Shown one piece after another: positions 39,546 to 53,613 of a stretch of DNA of 64,000 nucleotides. The notes beneath the pieces are model-generated. The model saw only the letters and a list, made by a program, of their open reading frames with translations. It had not been told where the DNA came from and searched no databases. Positions within the stretch are counted from its first letter, which is position 1. Every line of letters starts with the position of its first letter. The position numbers and the translations under genes were made by a program. The stretch spans positions 19,316,912 to 19,380,911 of the forward strand of contig NC_092675.1 of the NCBI RefSeq assembly GCF_964355755.1, read 5' to 3'. This DNA comes from Antedon mediterranea. Its lineage: Eukaryota > Animalia > Echinodermata.

Positions 39546-40264
39546 CTGTTGAGGAAAGAAAATATTTGATAGTTTTGTTGTCGCTCTTCTTCATCATATT
39601 GGATGATTCCCGTACCACGTGTACATAATAATTGACATAGACGTTCTCTGTTCGCCTGTCTATCACCTGCTACATTTTCAATCCAGTTTGTAATCTTGGA
39701 TCTTCTGATGTCTCGAGTAGAAGAAATAATATTATGAACACAGTCTATATAATTAACCAAGGAGGCATCAGTCAATGGTTCAAGAATTTTGACCAGGTCG
39801 TCCGCTTCCACCCAACGCGCAAGACATAATGGAGTAGACCCATACATATCTGTAATGTTTGGAGAAGCACCAAAGCAGAGGAGGTTTTCAAGTATATTGG
39901 AATCTGTTAACATCATTTGCTTCCAATAAGTGACAACCCAGTGAAGGGGAGTCCGTCCCAATTCATCACGAGCATTAGGATCGGCTCCAAGATGAAGGAG
40001 AATGAATACTTCATTTATTGAGCTGTCAAAGCTGTCAAAATAGTTACGTGATGCAGCCCAATGCAACAGGGTTTCCCCCTTGCCAAACGTCTCATTGATA
40101 CTATCAACAGAGGCTGCAGCATATAGTGTAGCTTTATGTTTTTCATAAGCATCGCCAATTACGGGTCGTAACGTATCTATGTAATGTTGGAGTTTAGTAT
40201 TACTAGAACATGCAACGCTCCAGTCTGCCTCATCTACCGCTTGTATCAATGGATATGTATTCAT
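39546..40264 (-). CDS. Ankyrin-repeat cGAS-like receptor (ANK-cGLR), first identifiable coding exon: N-terminus with three ankyrin repeats and a linker helix
   Basis: The ORF has ankyrin motifs GETLLHWAA...LLHLGADPNARD, GRTPLHW...LLCFGASPNITD and GSTPLCLA (aa ~61-164). It ends at a donor AG|GTAGGT (GT at 39545-39544, phase 2) just before the in-frame TAG. Confidence 0.9.
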
Positions 40265-42125
40265 GTTAATAACATAAATCCAAAGGCAAATTACTGAAAA
40301 AATGACAATGCTGTGGGTATCAGTGGCTAGATCTCAATGGAGATACATTCAGGCAACACTAGCCCTTCATCAGTGCAAGTGCTAATGTTAATAACATGAA
40401 ATATATTGATCTGATCTGTTTATCCAAAGTTCTTGTTTTAAATGTGTGGAGTAAACGTGTAGTAAGTTCAGACTTCAACAACGAATACAACGTAAGGGCA
40501 TACAGTTAGCCTGTTACAAGCATACCACCATAAACATTTCCACCGGTCACAGCAATGTTACGTATTTATACCATTATACATTATACCAACATACAAACAT
40601 GAGTAACTGGCACCATCAAAGTCGCAATGTATGTTGTGAGCATTCGGAAAAGATGACATTTCTCGTCCCATTTATCATAATAGAAAGAATATTCTAGTCA
40701 GCCATCACCTGGAAGACAACACTCTTGCTTCAGTGGATCTTTTAGATTATCCCCATTGGGTCATCAACGTTATATGCCTACATACAACTATCGCATTGAT
40801 TGCTAGGCCTAACTGTAAATACAAATGTAACTTACTGAAAACACTCCAACAACCGTTGGCAACTGTGGAGGGTCTCAATTGAGATAAACAGAAGATAATA
40901 GATACACATCTAAATTAAAACGTAGACAGCCAAACCAACATACAGGACTATATGCTGTAATATCTACCATGCTTGAATGAATATTGTGTATCTGTAACAC
41001 ATTAAACAGAGTTGATTGGAATAAATAGAATAACCATTCAGACATGGCAAACAATAGTACTAGTCATACTGTTTGCTTACCAATCATAAAAATATAATAC
41101 CATTATCATGATAAAGGATTTTAAATATCTGTAGCCTACACGGGAATTTACCACTTGCTTATTTAGAACCCTAAAAGGGACATACCTGTGACCCAACAAA
41201 ATGTCCCCTGAATGTTAAAAATATATATTGCTCGGGTAAGTGTCCCCTTATTATTGGTGTCACCTGAAAGGATAGGTTCAACTACATTGTATATGTTTTT
41301 TTTAAAGTGAGATCAGTTTAAATGAAAAATCTGGTCAAACTATCTACATCATTTGAGAATATATTACTTCCGATTAACTATAGTTTCATTACTTCACTAC
41401 TACATCATATACCTCATTTGTACACTGTCCATCATTAGTGTAATTAAACGGATAATGTCATCAAGGTTACCAATTCAACATTGATAGCGTACGATTCTCC
41501 ATCCTAGTATTCCACACAACTTTCATAATTTATTTCGGTAGCAATTTCTTGGATGGACAAGGCAGACCGACTATCGCCAAAGAAATTATGTCATGGCAGC
41601 TGAAGACGGTTTGAACGGCGTGTGTTTGCAGGATGATGAGGAGAAGGCATTCATCGTATTTCTTCGAACGCAGCTGGTAGGCCTACTTAGACGGAAGACT
41701 AAACGAATAAAGTTAACTAAATGATAAATTAGTGGTCATTTTATTTACGTCGATGTGAGGGGAGAGAAAGTGAGAGGGTGGTGCTCTTACCCTGGTAAAT
41801 ATTGTTCTTCATACTGTAGTGTTATAATTCGTTTTGATCAATAATTATCGCCTTTGAAAAAATAAAAATGTGTGGAGTAATAATCTCAATCTTTTACGAT
41901 ATCAAAGACTGATACACTAACAGTAACACAGTGGTACAGAGGTAATTGGGGTGAAATAAAAAAACTACGACTAGCTACATAATATGAGTGTATAATTTCA
42001 TGAATACTCTGATTTGTTCGTTAAAATTACACTATTGAGTTCATACCTATTTCAAAAAATGGAAACAGCTTACTATTCGAATGCAAGGAGAAGTTATCCG
42101 CATGGAAATATTCGATGATTTGGCT

Positions 42126-42405
42126 GAGTGAGTGAGTGGCCGAGCGGTTAAGACAGTGGAACCGTCATTACGTAACCATAACATCGGCAGGGGTTCGAGG
42201 CTCACTCACTCCATGTTTCTGGTGGTAGAACGAGTCTTCTCGGATAAGGACTATAAACCGTAGGTCCAGTGTACACATCTAGCTCGTGTGCACTTTAAAG
42301 AACCTAGTACATCTTTTGAGACAGCCACTGATCACCAACTGGGCCCTCTGGGAGACCAGTCTTTGACTTAAGAGGTTACCCAGTATAAATATATATTTCA
42401 ATCAA
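42126..42405 (+). mobile_element. tRNA-derived SINE with Deu/Nin-like central domain
   Basis: A box TGGCCGAGCGG, B box GGTTCGAGGC, acceptor-stem-like GAGTGAGTGAG/CTCACTCACTC. TCGGATAAGGACTATAAACCGTAGGTCC...GCACTTTAAAGAACC resembles the Deu/Nin domain as I recall it (no alignment run). Short (TCAA) tail. Confidence 0.75.
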
Positions 42406-43277
42406 TTATTGGTCAAAAGACAAACATTTGACGCGCATTGCGTGTCATACGTATATTTGATCGCCAATTTGACAAAAATATGAAAACGTGAAGATCCATA
42501 TTGGTGGCGCTCGTAAAGGAATCCCAACATCATGAAAAACACAAAAAGCTAGAGATGTTGGGCAAGTCTAGCATAACTGATTGAATAATTCACGGTCAAA
42601 CAAGAAACAAAAACAATATAACCAATCAATATAATTTTAATGAGTTATATCAATTAAAAAATAATGGCAGACAAGAAATAAGCCTAAGTGCAATGACCAT
42701 TAAAAGCTTGACCCTTAATTAAATTACAGTAAATGTGCAGATTGACAAAATGAAAACTGTCATTTACGAATAATAGAAAAATATCATTCACTCTTCATGT
42801 ATTTTTATTAAATTTGAAAACAACATTATTATTACAAATATTTCGATAAATAATGTATAGAGGTTTGAAAGCTTTGTGGCAAGGCAATGTGTATCATTAT
42901 TTATATAACCGTACATTATTATACCATTACAGTGAACATATCCTGCACAGAAGCATAATATGGCTATTGCATTCAAAATATCAATGATCAAGGGCAGATA
43001 AATACATTTAAGCAAAATTCTAACATCAAGTGTTATTAAACCGTATTCTGCTTGTTTATTAAACTCGCTGATCTACAGATAATGTTATTTTTTCACATAT
43101 CAAATTCTCTCATTTGCCTCTGATAATTTCCCCAATGGTTGTAAAATTACCAGTCACGTTATTATAAACTCTTGTGGTTTATTACATAGGGGGTTTATTC
43201 CGTCAGGACAAAAATAAAAGGAATATGGGGCTGAAACTCAGACAAGTATACAATATGTACATGCAAACAACGCTGTG

Positions 43278-43730
43278 GTGTGTACACGTAGCGTTGATGC
43301 ATCACGACGAGGAATGTGTACACATAACGCCGAAGCATCATGACAAATATGTACACATAACGTCGATACACGTTAGAGAAATATGCACACGTTAGCGTTG
43401 ATGCATCACGAGGAATGTGTACACACGTAGCGTTGATGCATCATGAGAAATAATGTAGGCCCACACGAGCGTCGATACACGTTATAGAAATGTGTACACA
43501 TAATGTTGAAGCATAACAAAAAATAATATATCCTCATATATAGCGTTACACGTTAAAGAATATTATATATTACATCTATAGCAGTATATGTACACATAAC
43601 GCCGAGGCATTTTGGTGTACACGTAGCGTCGTATACATTATATAAATGTGTATACACGTAACGCCTACATACATACACGTAGCGTCGGTATATTTACCCC
43701 AGACCCCATATTTACCTACACAGCGTCGAT
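43278..43730. repeat. Degenerate ~33-bp tandem repeat
   Basis: Recurrent TGTACAC(G/A)TA(G/A)CG(T/C)(T/C)GA..CATCA/CACGTTA units. Confidence 0.75.
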
Positions 43731-45173
43731 AGAAAACGAAATTTGTGCAAATAGTTTCATCAATGACGATTGAAACGCATCGATACACACTTTCGAAAAC
43801 ACAAGATTATGTTAGGTATATAGTCATATTTCACCATAACATGTATTTACATTTTATGCACCACAATTATGTATTGAGCATTATCAATGAATGACAATGA
43901 TACAATAAGCTACGGTAATTAATTGTTGTCATATTTTTGCCACCTACCTTCCGTTCAAATATTTTTCCGGGTGAAAATCCATCAAGTATATCGAGTCTTA
44001 TTTATCTTTTTCAAGAATGTCCGAATCTTAATATCCAAGTGACTCTCACCTGACTAAATCTAGACTACGATGCATATCAATTAACTGCAAAGATAATTGC
44101 TTTGATATTCTTGTCAAGTAAGAGAATTACGCTCGTAAGACCTAATTAGGAAGATCGCCGTGAATGGCATATGCCTGATTTTGTATCCTACGATCACTAC
44201 TGCTGTCGGCAGATCTCAAGGGATGAGGTCGAGCCGGCTTACGGCAATCTATAGCTAGAAATAACTTCAGTGTGATTATACCGAAAATCAATCGTAGAGT
44301 TTGTAAAAAAAAAAACGTCTGAACGAGAATAAATCATTTACTGAACGGTTAATTAAGTGTGAAAATCGCTGTCTGGTTTAAAGTCTTCTTTCTTAAAAGC
44401 TCTTTAATGCTGACCAGTTAAACAAAATCATAGTTAATTATGCAAACAAATTGTATTTAAATATATTTTATGAATAAGAAAACATGTACATCGTAACCGT
44501 TGATAAGAAACTCCATTGTCCAAAGACAAAACTACTTATAATGTCAACAAACGAATGAAGGGAAAGTAAATAGAAGTAAATGTTACGTTCAGAAAACCGG
44601 TGCACCGAAACAAACCAACCACTAATCGTCCTCTGGATTCGGCACTGAAGTATCATCCACCCAACCAATCGATTTATTGATTATAAATGAAAAACAATTA
44701 TTATATTGATTGTTTGATTTATAGGGGATTAGGGTTCAGGTGGATGGTGCTTAATACATGATATATAGGATTGATAAATAGAAAATTGTCAAAAACAATT
44801 TTTAATTTAAAAATTCCTTACAATTAAAAGAAATGAGGTTCGTAAATGGTACGGTAAAAAAAATCACGAAAATAGGAACGATAGAGAGCAATATCATTAA
44901 TAAAGACAATTCAAATTCTTTGTACTACCGGTACATAACATTACAAACATGTGTGGAAAGATGTTTGAAAATTAAACTGTAGGAATAAAATAAATGTATT
45001 GACATAAAACAAACTAATAATATTATAATTATTGATTATATTGGACAATACTGTACTCTGACTTAAATACTATAATTTATTATAGCAGAAGTACACATCA
45101 TTATTAAACCTCCTGATTAGCTCAACTCGATGGATATCTATTTATAAAAATATTGTTTTGGCATATAGTATAT

Positions 45174-45250
45174 ATAAATCCAAAGGCAAATTACTTAAAA
45201 AAAAATGACAATGCTGTGGGTATCAGTGGCTGGATCTCAATGGAGATACA
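45174..45250. repeat. ~75-bp direct duplicate of 40274-40347 (the sequence just upstream of the cGLR ATG)
   Basis: ATAAATCCAAAGGCAAATTACT-A-run-TGACAATGCTGTGGGTATCAGTGGCT(A/G)GATCTCAATGGAGATACA is present at both sites. Confidence 0.9.
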
Positions 45251-45336
45251 AAAATAAAAAGCGTATATATATATATATATAAAAAATCAAGATCAAATAA
45301 GTTAAAACTGCCTCAATATAGATTTATTTTTGCGAC

Positions 45337-45338
<2 letters not shown>

Positions 45339-45398
<60 letters not shown>
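45339..45398. repeat. (TA)n microsatellite
   Basis: About 30 perfect TA units; a shorter tract lies at ~45264-45281. Confidence 0.95.
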
Positions 45399-45401
<3 letters not shown>

Positions 45402-46461
45402 ATAAAGTCACGAGAATGTTCTGACGACTCGGACACCAGCAGTTTACAAAAAATTACACCAATTTATATTTCCTCAAAAATATTGTCGCCGTAAAGCTCA
45501 ATAAATAATGTACTCGTTGTCTGTCAACAATAAATCATGTACCCGCTTTAAATGTCATTGCTGATACATAAAAACAGTAGGTACTGATAAGTCTCCTGCT
45601 GACAAATGCCTACAAATTGAGACTATTAAACTGTCGTGAAAGTATAATCTTGTGAAATGTCGAACTTACCCCTTTGCGCTCTAAATCCGTCTTGCTGTGT
45701 GTTGAGTGCATTCTGGTTTCGTTCGTATACGGTAGGCTACATTGACGTAAATGCAATTACATTTAGACATAGCAATCCACACTAATGAGACAACAGGCCT
45801 GCTTTGAGTAGATATCAATGCTCACATGGATATGATTTTAATGATGTAATAATTTTTTAGAAGGCTGATTACTGTTGACAAAATGCAATGCAATTAAAGA
45901 TATGATATACATGATACTAATTTCCAGGAGTCATCGGGTATACTGGTATATACCGTTATCAGATAACCAGTTGATCAGAAAACGACGCTAAAATGTATAC
46001 TGAATAGCTTCTAAAGGACTGATTGAAGGTCGTGATATAACATTTAACACTCTGATATAAAGTTATATTTCATTTCCGATGTCAAACATAGTAAATAATA
46101 TCACGACAATGAGGAAATAAATGACAAAGGCGGACGCAGACAATTCATTTTCTATCACTGATGGCCAGTACATTATCTTCAGATATTAATTTTCTCAACG
46201 GTTATTATGGTTGGTCAGTTACGGCATGAGCGCTAATGACGTAACGCCTGTTAAAACACAATTAAGTGAATGATTGAATTGTCTACAGCGATTGCTTTTA
46301 AGTGGACTCTTCGTTGAATGCTTAACACTTGGCATTAGTGTTCATAGGATAGATCATGGTTAATGAGTAATTGTCAGTCGGGCAATTCGATATCAATAGA
46401 AAGGCCAGGAGATGACCACTCATGGTGTTTTGTATTTAAGAATATATGAAAATCAATCAAA

Positions 46462-46997
46462 CATCATAATCATCATCGTAATAATCATTATCTTAATATT
46501 CATGCTCATCATCGTCATCATCAGCACTTCGTCGTAATCATTCCTCAATCATTACCATGGTAATATTTTTAATATCTATTCACAATCACAAATGTAGGCC
46601 TATAAACAATTTAAAGAAATCATCATTATCATCATCATCATCATCAGAAGCAGCATTAGCATCATCATCCTTTATCATCATCCTCCTCCTCCTCCTCCTC
46701 CTCATCATCATCATCATTATAATTATAATCATTATCATCATCATCATTATCATCATCATCATCATCAGAAGCAGCATCATCATCATCCTCATCAGCATCA
46801 TCTTCATCATCAGAAGCAGCATCAGCATCATCATTAATATCATCATTTTTATCATAGTTGACATAATCATCATCATCATTGCCATCCTCGTTGGCATAAT
46901 CATCATAATCATCATCATCATCATCATCATAATTATCATCAGCATCATCATCATCATCAATATCATCATCATCATCATCATCGTCGTCGTCGTCATA
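46462..46997. repeat. Imperfect (CAT)n/(CCT)n/(CGT)n trinucleotide microsatellite
   Basis: Long ATC-based low-complexity tract that gives poly-I, poly-M and poly-D ORFs. Confidence 0.95.
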
Positions 46998-47607
46998 GTA
47001 TTTGAAATAGCACACAGTCCTGATCCCGAACATGTAGGGCAGATGAGTTCAACTTTACCTTTTGACGATGATGGTAATGATGTGTGCAAACGCCATTTAC
47101 ATTTTGACAAATATAAGTAAAATCATTTTGTCTAAATGTTAAGTGCCAACAACATCGTTATTACATCTAATTTACAAACTGTAAAGTTGATAGTGCATGA
47201 TTTATTGTGCAAACAAAAATATAATGCATTTCCATGTCAATCATATCAGAAAGATAATTTCTCAATTCTGAAGTTGAGGCCGATTTTGAAAGGGGTATAA
47301 ACAGTTTAAGCGAGCATAAACGTTTGTTTTCCTTCTCACGGAGCAGCTACAACATCATATCGCTTGCAAAAATTTTAAGAAAGCCATTCCTATTTTCTGA
47401 ATTCCCTTTTAATAACTTTAATAGGACCAACTTAATATTATAACGAAGTAAAAAACTACCTCAAAGAAATAATGGTTCTTCGTTGGTTGATCATGAAGAA
47501 GAATTAATTACTAATGAAGGAACATCTCTGTAATTGCTGATATGCCTTCGTTTTTCAAAAGTATGAAATGTCATCAAATTATGAAATAAGTGCTAGAATA
47601 CTCAATA

Positions 47608-47843
47608 CTGGTTTCCATAAAATCGCTACACGACAGAGCGAAGCGATTCTATGGAAACGCTAGAATTTATCGGGGATCTAGTTACGAGCGCTAAATATTC
47701 TTTGGTACGCGTATACGATTCATCGCCGACAAAATCGGCAAAGTTGAACATGGTTGAACTGCCGATTTGACTGCGTCGGCGACATCTGCGCGTGTAGCGA
47801 TTTTAATGGAAACGCTGTAGTGATTTTATGGAAACCAGGCTTT
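47608..47843. mobile_element. MITE with ~23-bp TIRs (Harbinger-like)
   Basis: CTGGTTTCCATAAAATCGCTACA ... TGTAGTGATTTTATGGAAACCAG(GCTTTA); CpG-rich interior with repeated AGCGATT..ATGGAAACGCT. Confidence 0.65.
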
Positions 47844-50800
47844 ATGGTCTCTAGCCCTAATGTGCTTCGATTCTCAATCGACTATACTCTATGAGATACA
47901 CAATATCAGGAAACTCACTTTCAAACAGTGGTGTGGCCTACTTTTGAACAATTTGAACAGCGTTATTAAAAACAAACAATCGCAGTTTAAACAGATATTG
48001 AAACACATGTCCTGATTCAAAAGAAAAGAAAAAAGTATTTAAATCGTAAAAATACAGTAATTTCTTACCAGATGTAAATCAGAACATTTTGCTAAACTCT
48101 AACATACAATAATACATTCCCATTTTAATGATGTACAAAGAAAATTGAAAGCGACAAAGAAACTGTATATTCTACTTATGGTGATGACCTGAAACTAATT
48201 TTTTGAAGAATAAAAATCGATTAAAATTGTAAATGGCATCAGTGAAGGATCGTGAAACGGAAGCGGTAACCTGTATGCCGTTTGATCTGCAAGGGGAATG
48301 AGCAGCATTTCCCTGTGTAGTCAGACCTATAGTGTAATACCTCACCGACTTTACAAATGCGCTAAAATAGGGCGTGTTTGCATGGAAGTATAAATATCAT
48401 CTGCTTCAGCAGTACTCATTGTAAATATTTCATGCCATATTACTAAAAACCGGAAATTGTTTGCGTGAGAATATGATGGTAAAGGTGACGCTGGGGTTCG
48501 TGTGTATTTGGTAACAATCGAGAAACATGCGACACATGTACAAAGAGCGATGTAACCAATACAGCGTTTGATATCAACGAATTCATTAATATAATGCTGT
48601 ATGTGCATACAAAATGAAAACTGATACATCAGAAATTAACGCATGTGCGTCAACCTTTTGGTGCGTAACGCACCATAAACGGTCATTGAGTTTGTCACTA
48701 CAAACTTCCGCCATGAATCTGGAATACGTACATTTGCTTATATGTGTATAATGTCTTTATCACATGCAGGTTTCAGGTTTTCAATCTTCAAAATTAATCA
48801 AACGACAGTCTTCGTTAAGGGTACATTTTATTATGTCCACTTGATGACGGTTTTAATAAAATAATTCCTATAAATAAATACTATAAAAAATAAGATAATG
48901 AATATCTATTTGAAAACATCTCCTCCATCACATTTACTGCAGGCAGGTGGAGAAGTACTTAAGTTACCGACATTACTATGACCACAAACGTCTCTTATTT
49001 GTGTTGATTGAACAAGATAAATGATGATATATTGTCATTTAAGCTATTTACCTCTTCTTTGAAGATGCCTATATACTAACAATACTCCAACTTATTATTT
49101 ATAGAAATCCACATAGACTAATTATACAACTATACAAGTAGAGGTGACGCTAGCTAGTAAGTGATATGAATATTTCCCTCTACTCTCTTAATACGGAATG
49201 GAAAGGTTAGTAGACCTACTCAGCAAAAGGACTCACAAAAATCTTATGAATATCTTTTTAAATCTAACATTCAACAAATTACCTTTTGCTATTAATGTTT
49301 TCAAAGAAGGAAGGACTATTCACGGAAATCAGACTTAGCACATGAAATGTCAATTCGTTTCATGTGAAAGATTGTGTATGAAAAAGAAATCATAAATAAC
49401 CCCCAAAAGGGTTTTATGAGAGTAAGACGCCCTCCTCACTTTGCCAATGGAAAGGTGAAAGTCCGTCACATTCTCAACGCACAGTACTATTCAATACATT
49501 TATTTAAATAAACCATCCAATCTGTTTTAATATTCTTCCTTTCCGACTTTTTGCCTTCTCATTATTAACCTGTGGCGCCAGGAAGGAAGCAAATATTCAA
49601 TTTCTCTATTCCAATGATTGTAAAACTCACACATTTAACATAAAAACAACAATTTTTGTATTGGTAATCTAACTTATTCTAACGATGACAAAATACAACC
49701 GATACGATCTCCGACGATGCTCGTGGCGCCGTCTTCTTACAAACGAATGGTTGAATTTAAACCATAATAGCCTACACAGCAATGAAAGTGGAAATATATT
49801 TTGTTAAAGTATATAAGTTCACTGGCTTATCTAACTACTTTAAAAGAACTTCACTGTAGAATACTGTAAATAGGTTATTTTCTTGATAACATCAACGTTC
49901 TGAAGAGAGCTGAGTTTTTCCTTCCTTTTCTAACCTCAGACTTGTCGATTTATTTTAACATTTCTGTTATAAATATATATATATAATATACATATCTTTC
50001 AAACAGTAAATTAATTACATAGAAAAGAAGTTTGTTTCAAAATTCACCTGTTTCAACAGGAATTTCATATAGTTTCATATTATTCTGCTTGCCTTTAGGC
50101 TTGTTCTTATTTTCACCGTTTAGGTTACATTTAGGCTACGTCGTAATGACATTGAAATTCACTTCAGGTAAAAATTCAATTAGCAGCGGTTCTGATTGAT
50201 CATCCTATGATCAAGATAACAGATACTACTGTATTTACCATTCAGTTTTCAGAACATACAAAATGTATTTTGATTAAGATACGAATCGATGAAAATGAAC
50301 CGTAATGAAAACTAATTAAAGAAACGATCAAGGTGTTAATTTAAAAACTTATGTTTCATACCCTGGGATATATTGCAATGTAGATTGATGATGTTTTTGG
50401 CAGGTGTATTAGCACGGTAGCTCATCTGATATTTGTATGGTAGCTTAATAATATAATGTCACTCTTTACTTGTAAACTCATGAGTGAAATGAAAATATGA
50501 AATTATCATAATTATTTCTTTCAGAAACAATCGGACGAAGAATATCTATATATTAGTTGGAAAAAAGTAGCTTAATTGACAATTATCCACTTCTAGTACT
50601 TTCCTTTCAGGCGAAAATGGCAAAAGGCTTCCTACTTTCTAGAAGTGTTATCAGATAATCTATATTGTTTTGAAAACTCTTCTAACATGACCACAGTGCA
50701 CGTTTTTCCATTTTCCTCCTAACTGTGTCATATTTGCTACCTAATTCCCAGTGCTGTATCTCCAGACATGACAATATTTGTCCAGTATCAAGGCAAATTT

Positions 50801-53613
50801 TGTAATACAGATTCTCATGAGTATTACATGTAGTGCCTGTGACATTTAAGGTTAGATTAAGGGTAAAGCCAATGTTGAAGATTTATACATTAAGTCTTCA
50901 AATACGTTCCATTACAATTAATTTTATGCTATTGAACTTTTAAATAACAACATACTGTGATTATATGCAGGAAAGGAAAAGAAAAATCAACTGGAGAAGA
51001 TTTCACACATTTTCGCAAGTTACGACTAGAACAAGAGCATAACTTTCAAGAGCAGAACTTTCAAAACGACAACAATGAAGTCAGCCTTATCTAGACAAAA
51101 TACAGTAAGTTACTTTGGTGGTTTGTATACAAGGAAATAATTAAACATGAATGTATCTTTACATATTGATAATGTGATATATTTGGTATATGCAACTTTA
51201 ATCACATGAACTGCTATAACAGCTAGGCTAATTTATACAAATGATTGTATCGTGTATTCACAACTTCAATGTTTCTAAATGATTTACTTTATGAATCTGA
51301 AATAAATGCGTTGAGAGTGCCTATTGAGAACCCATATTTTACTAGAATCTTAATATATTTGATAAAATCCCATACTAATTATGTGAGCATCTACTCAAAT
51401 CGGTCAATCAGTTATGAAGCACAGATTCCCTTCATACATCAAAGCTAGCGAGTGAATGCCAGAGGCAAAAAAGACATTAGTCACGAAAATAATTTCATCG
51501 GAATATTGTAGGTTTTTTCTTAAAATGGATTGCCAACGGAATTTAAAGAATGATGTAGTGTGCTAGATTAATAATAATAAAACAAGTTTTATTTGAACCC
51601 AAAAACATTTATACCGACCGAAGAGCAACAGAGTTTTGGTTAAAAAGAACCTCTACTTTTGATTCTTTTTCTTTTGAAAGTAGCTCTTTCATTAGGTTTC
51701 GGTAAAGTAAGCAAGATATAAAATTTAGTTCAACGAACTTTATATTCAAACTGTTCTACTACACTTTAATTTCAAGAACTAAACGGTCACATTTTTAGAC
51801 AGTTCCAGCTTAGTTTTGTTTCTCACAATATTAAAGAAAGTTTGTATTACAGCTTCGATTTGTTTTCTGTTAATCTTTTGTCGATTTACGTGTACAATGC
51901 ATTAACGCATTTTATATTTTGTGTAAGTGATGGTCCTCTGTCTCAAAAGGACCGGTTTGAATATATTTTAAAAAAACAATTTTATATTTTTCTAAGTAAG
52001 TAAATACATTTATTGTCATTTGTAAATATATAAAAGCTCAGCAAAAGTTATAGTTAAGTGTTTACCGTTTCACGGAATTGAGTTTTTTTAAAAAATATAA
52101 TGGAAAATCGTCAATAACGGTGGTATAGCTTAACGGATATCTGAAGTACCCACCTAAATGTCGTTGAGAAAACCTTTATTCTGACTTTATATTGTACTGT
52201 GTAATGCTCATATTACAGCATTACTATTGTTCACGTAATTTAAGTGCTTTCTATTCTAAGCAATGTAAAGTTATAGTTTATATTCCTTCAAGCAATAAAT
52301 AAAAAATAAATCAAAACAACCTTGAAATATAGGCAATTAAAAACGAGCTATGAGACAAATTTGAAATTGAACTTGAATGAATGTGAAAGTCATTTAATTC
52401 GAATCTATAAAAGAGTAAGTAAGCTATATACAATTCCATTTAATTTGACGCTTTAAATTAGCGGGAACAAATTAAGTTGGTCAGTTCTAGAACGTATAAT
52501 CAGGAATAGGCTTAACTGTCGAAGTAAGTTGTATTCGGACTGGGTTGTTGCACGTCCCTATTTTTAAGAAAGTGGGCTGCATACATGTGATAAACTAGAA
52601 AGTGTAAAATGGTGGCGTATTTCAGCGAAGTGAAGACTTAAACAAAACAGGTCAACAAGTTACTACGTTCTACTTCAATTACCACATAACTGCAATTAAC
52701 TTAAGTTAGCTTACAAGATATGAATAAAACAAAAAAGAAACAAATTAACTAATTTGACGATAATGCAAATAATGTAAGCACTAGCCGCTCAGTCACTATG
52801 TGATTACTTTACATAACGGAATCATAATTCAAAAAACAATTCATAAATCAATGTTATGTTAACAATACACACATCTTCTATACTTTACGAATCTTTCAAC
52901 TATTCATAGTAAACTTTCTCTCTTCAAAATAAATATAACGTTTTCTTCCTAATTGATATAGTATCGATTTCTTAATGTTTTCTGACATTTTGAATTATTC
53001 TATAACTCTACAGAGAAAATAATCTTCGAAGTAATTGATGGATACTTTAGATGTGAAACCCTTTTTCCTATCTCCTCCATACGAAATAGAAATTGGTGTA
53101 TCTTTAGCATAATCAATAAATATAAAAACGATATTTTAAATTGTTTCTGACAGGTAAAATCATCTCTTAACGCGAGTTTATGTTTTGTCGATCGTGGTCG
53201 GCGGCGCCACGCCAATCAACTTCTGCAGTTTGTCTTGTTGAAACTTGTGAAAAAGAGAAGGATTGTTTACAGACGAGTATCGACAAACACTTGGTATGTA
53301 ATTCAAATCATTAATACTTGGATATACGCTGTCACAAATGATATCTGGAACCGTAAATTAAATTACATCCTAATAAGTTTAACTAGATTGTTCTTTCTTC
53401 ACTAAATAACATTACTCTAATTCTTCATCTTATGTATTACATCTTAACAGTCATTGTGACTTCTTTTATAGATCACAAAAAAAGAGTAGAAGACATTAAT
53501 TTCAATAGACAAAAAGAAACCCTTTGTTATAAATGTATCTCTTACACCGTTCACTTCCGGTTTATAATTGTTTTCTTGCTTAATGTATTGTATTTCATAA
53601 AAGCATCTAAGGC

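Noticed and set aside
37893-40264. Bacterial CBASS operon (CD-NTase plus neighbouring gene)
   Set aside because: Spliceosomal intron, animal SINE/MITE context, Mab-21-type C-terminal motifs and no adjacent effector genes.
46557-47120. Poly-Ile, poly-Met and poly-Asp ORFs (could be mistaken for an acidic biomineralisation protein)
   Set aside because: All three frames are by-products of an imperfect (CAT)n microsatellite; no signal peptide or convincing splice context.
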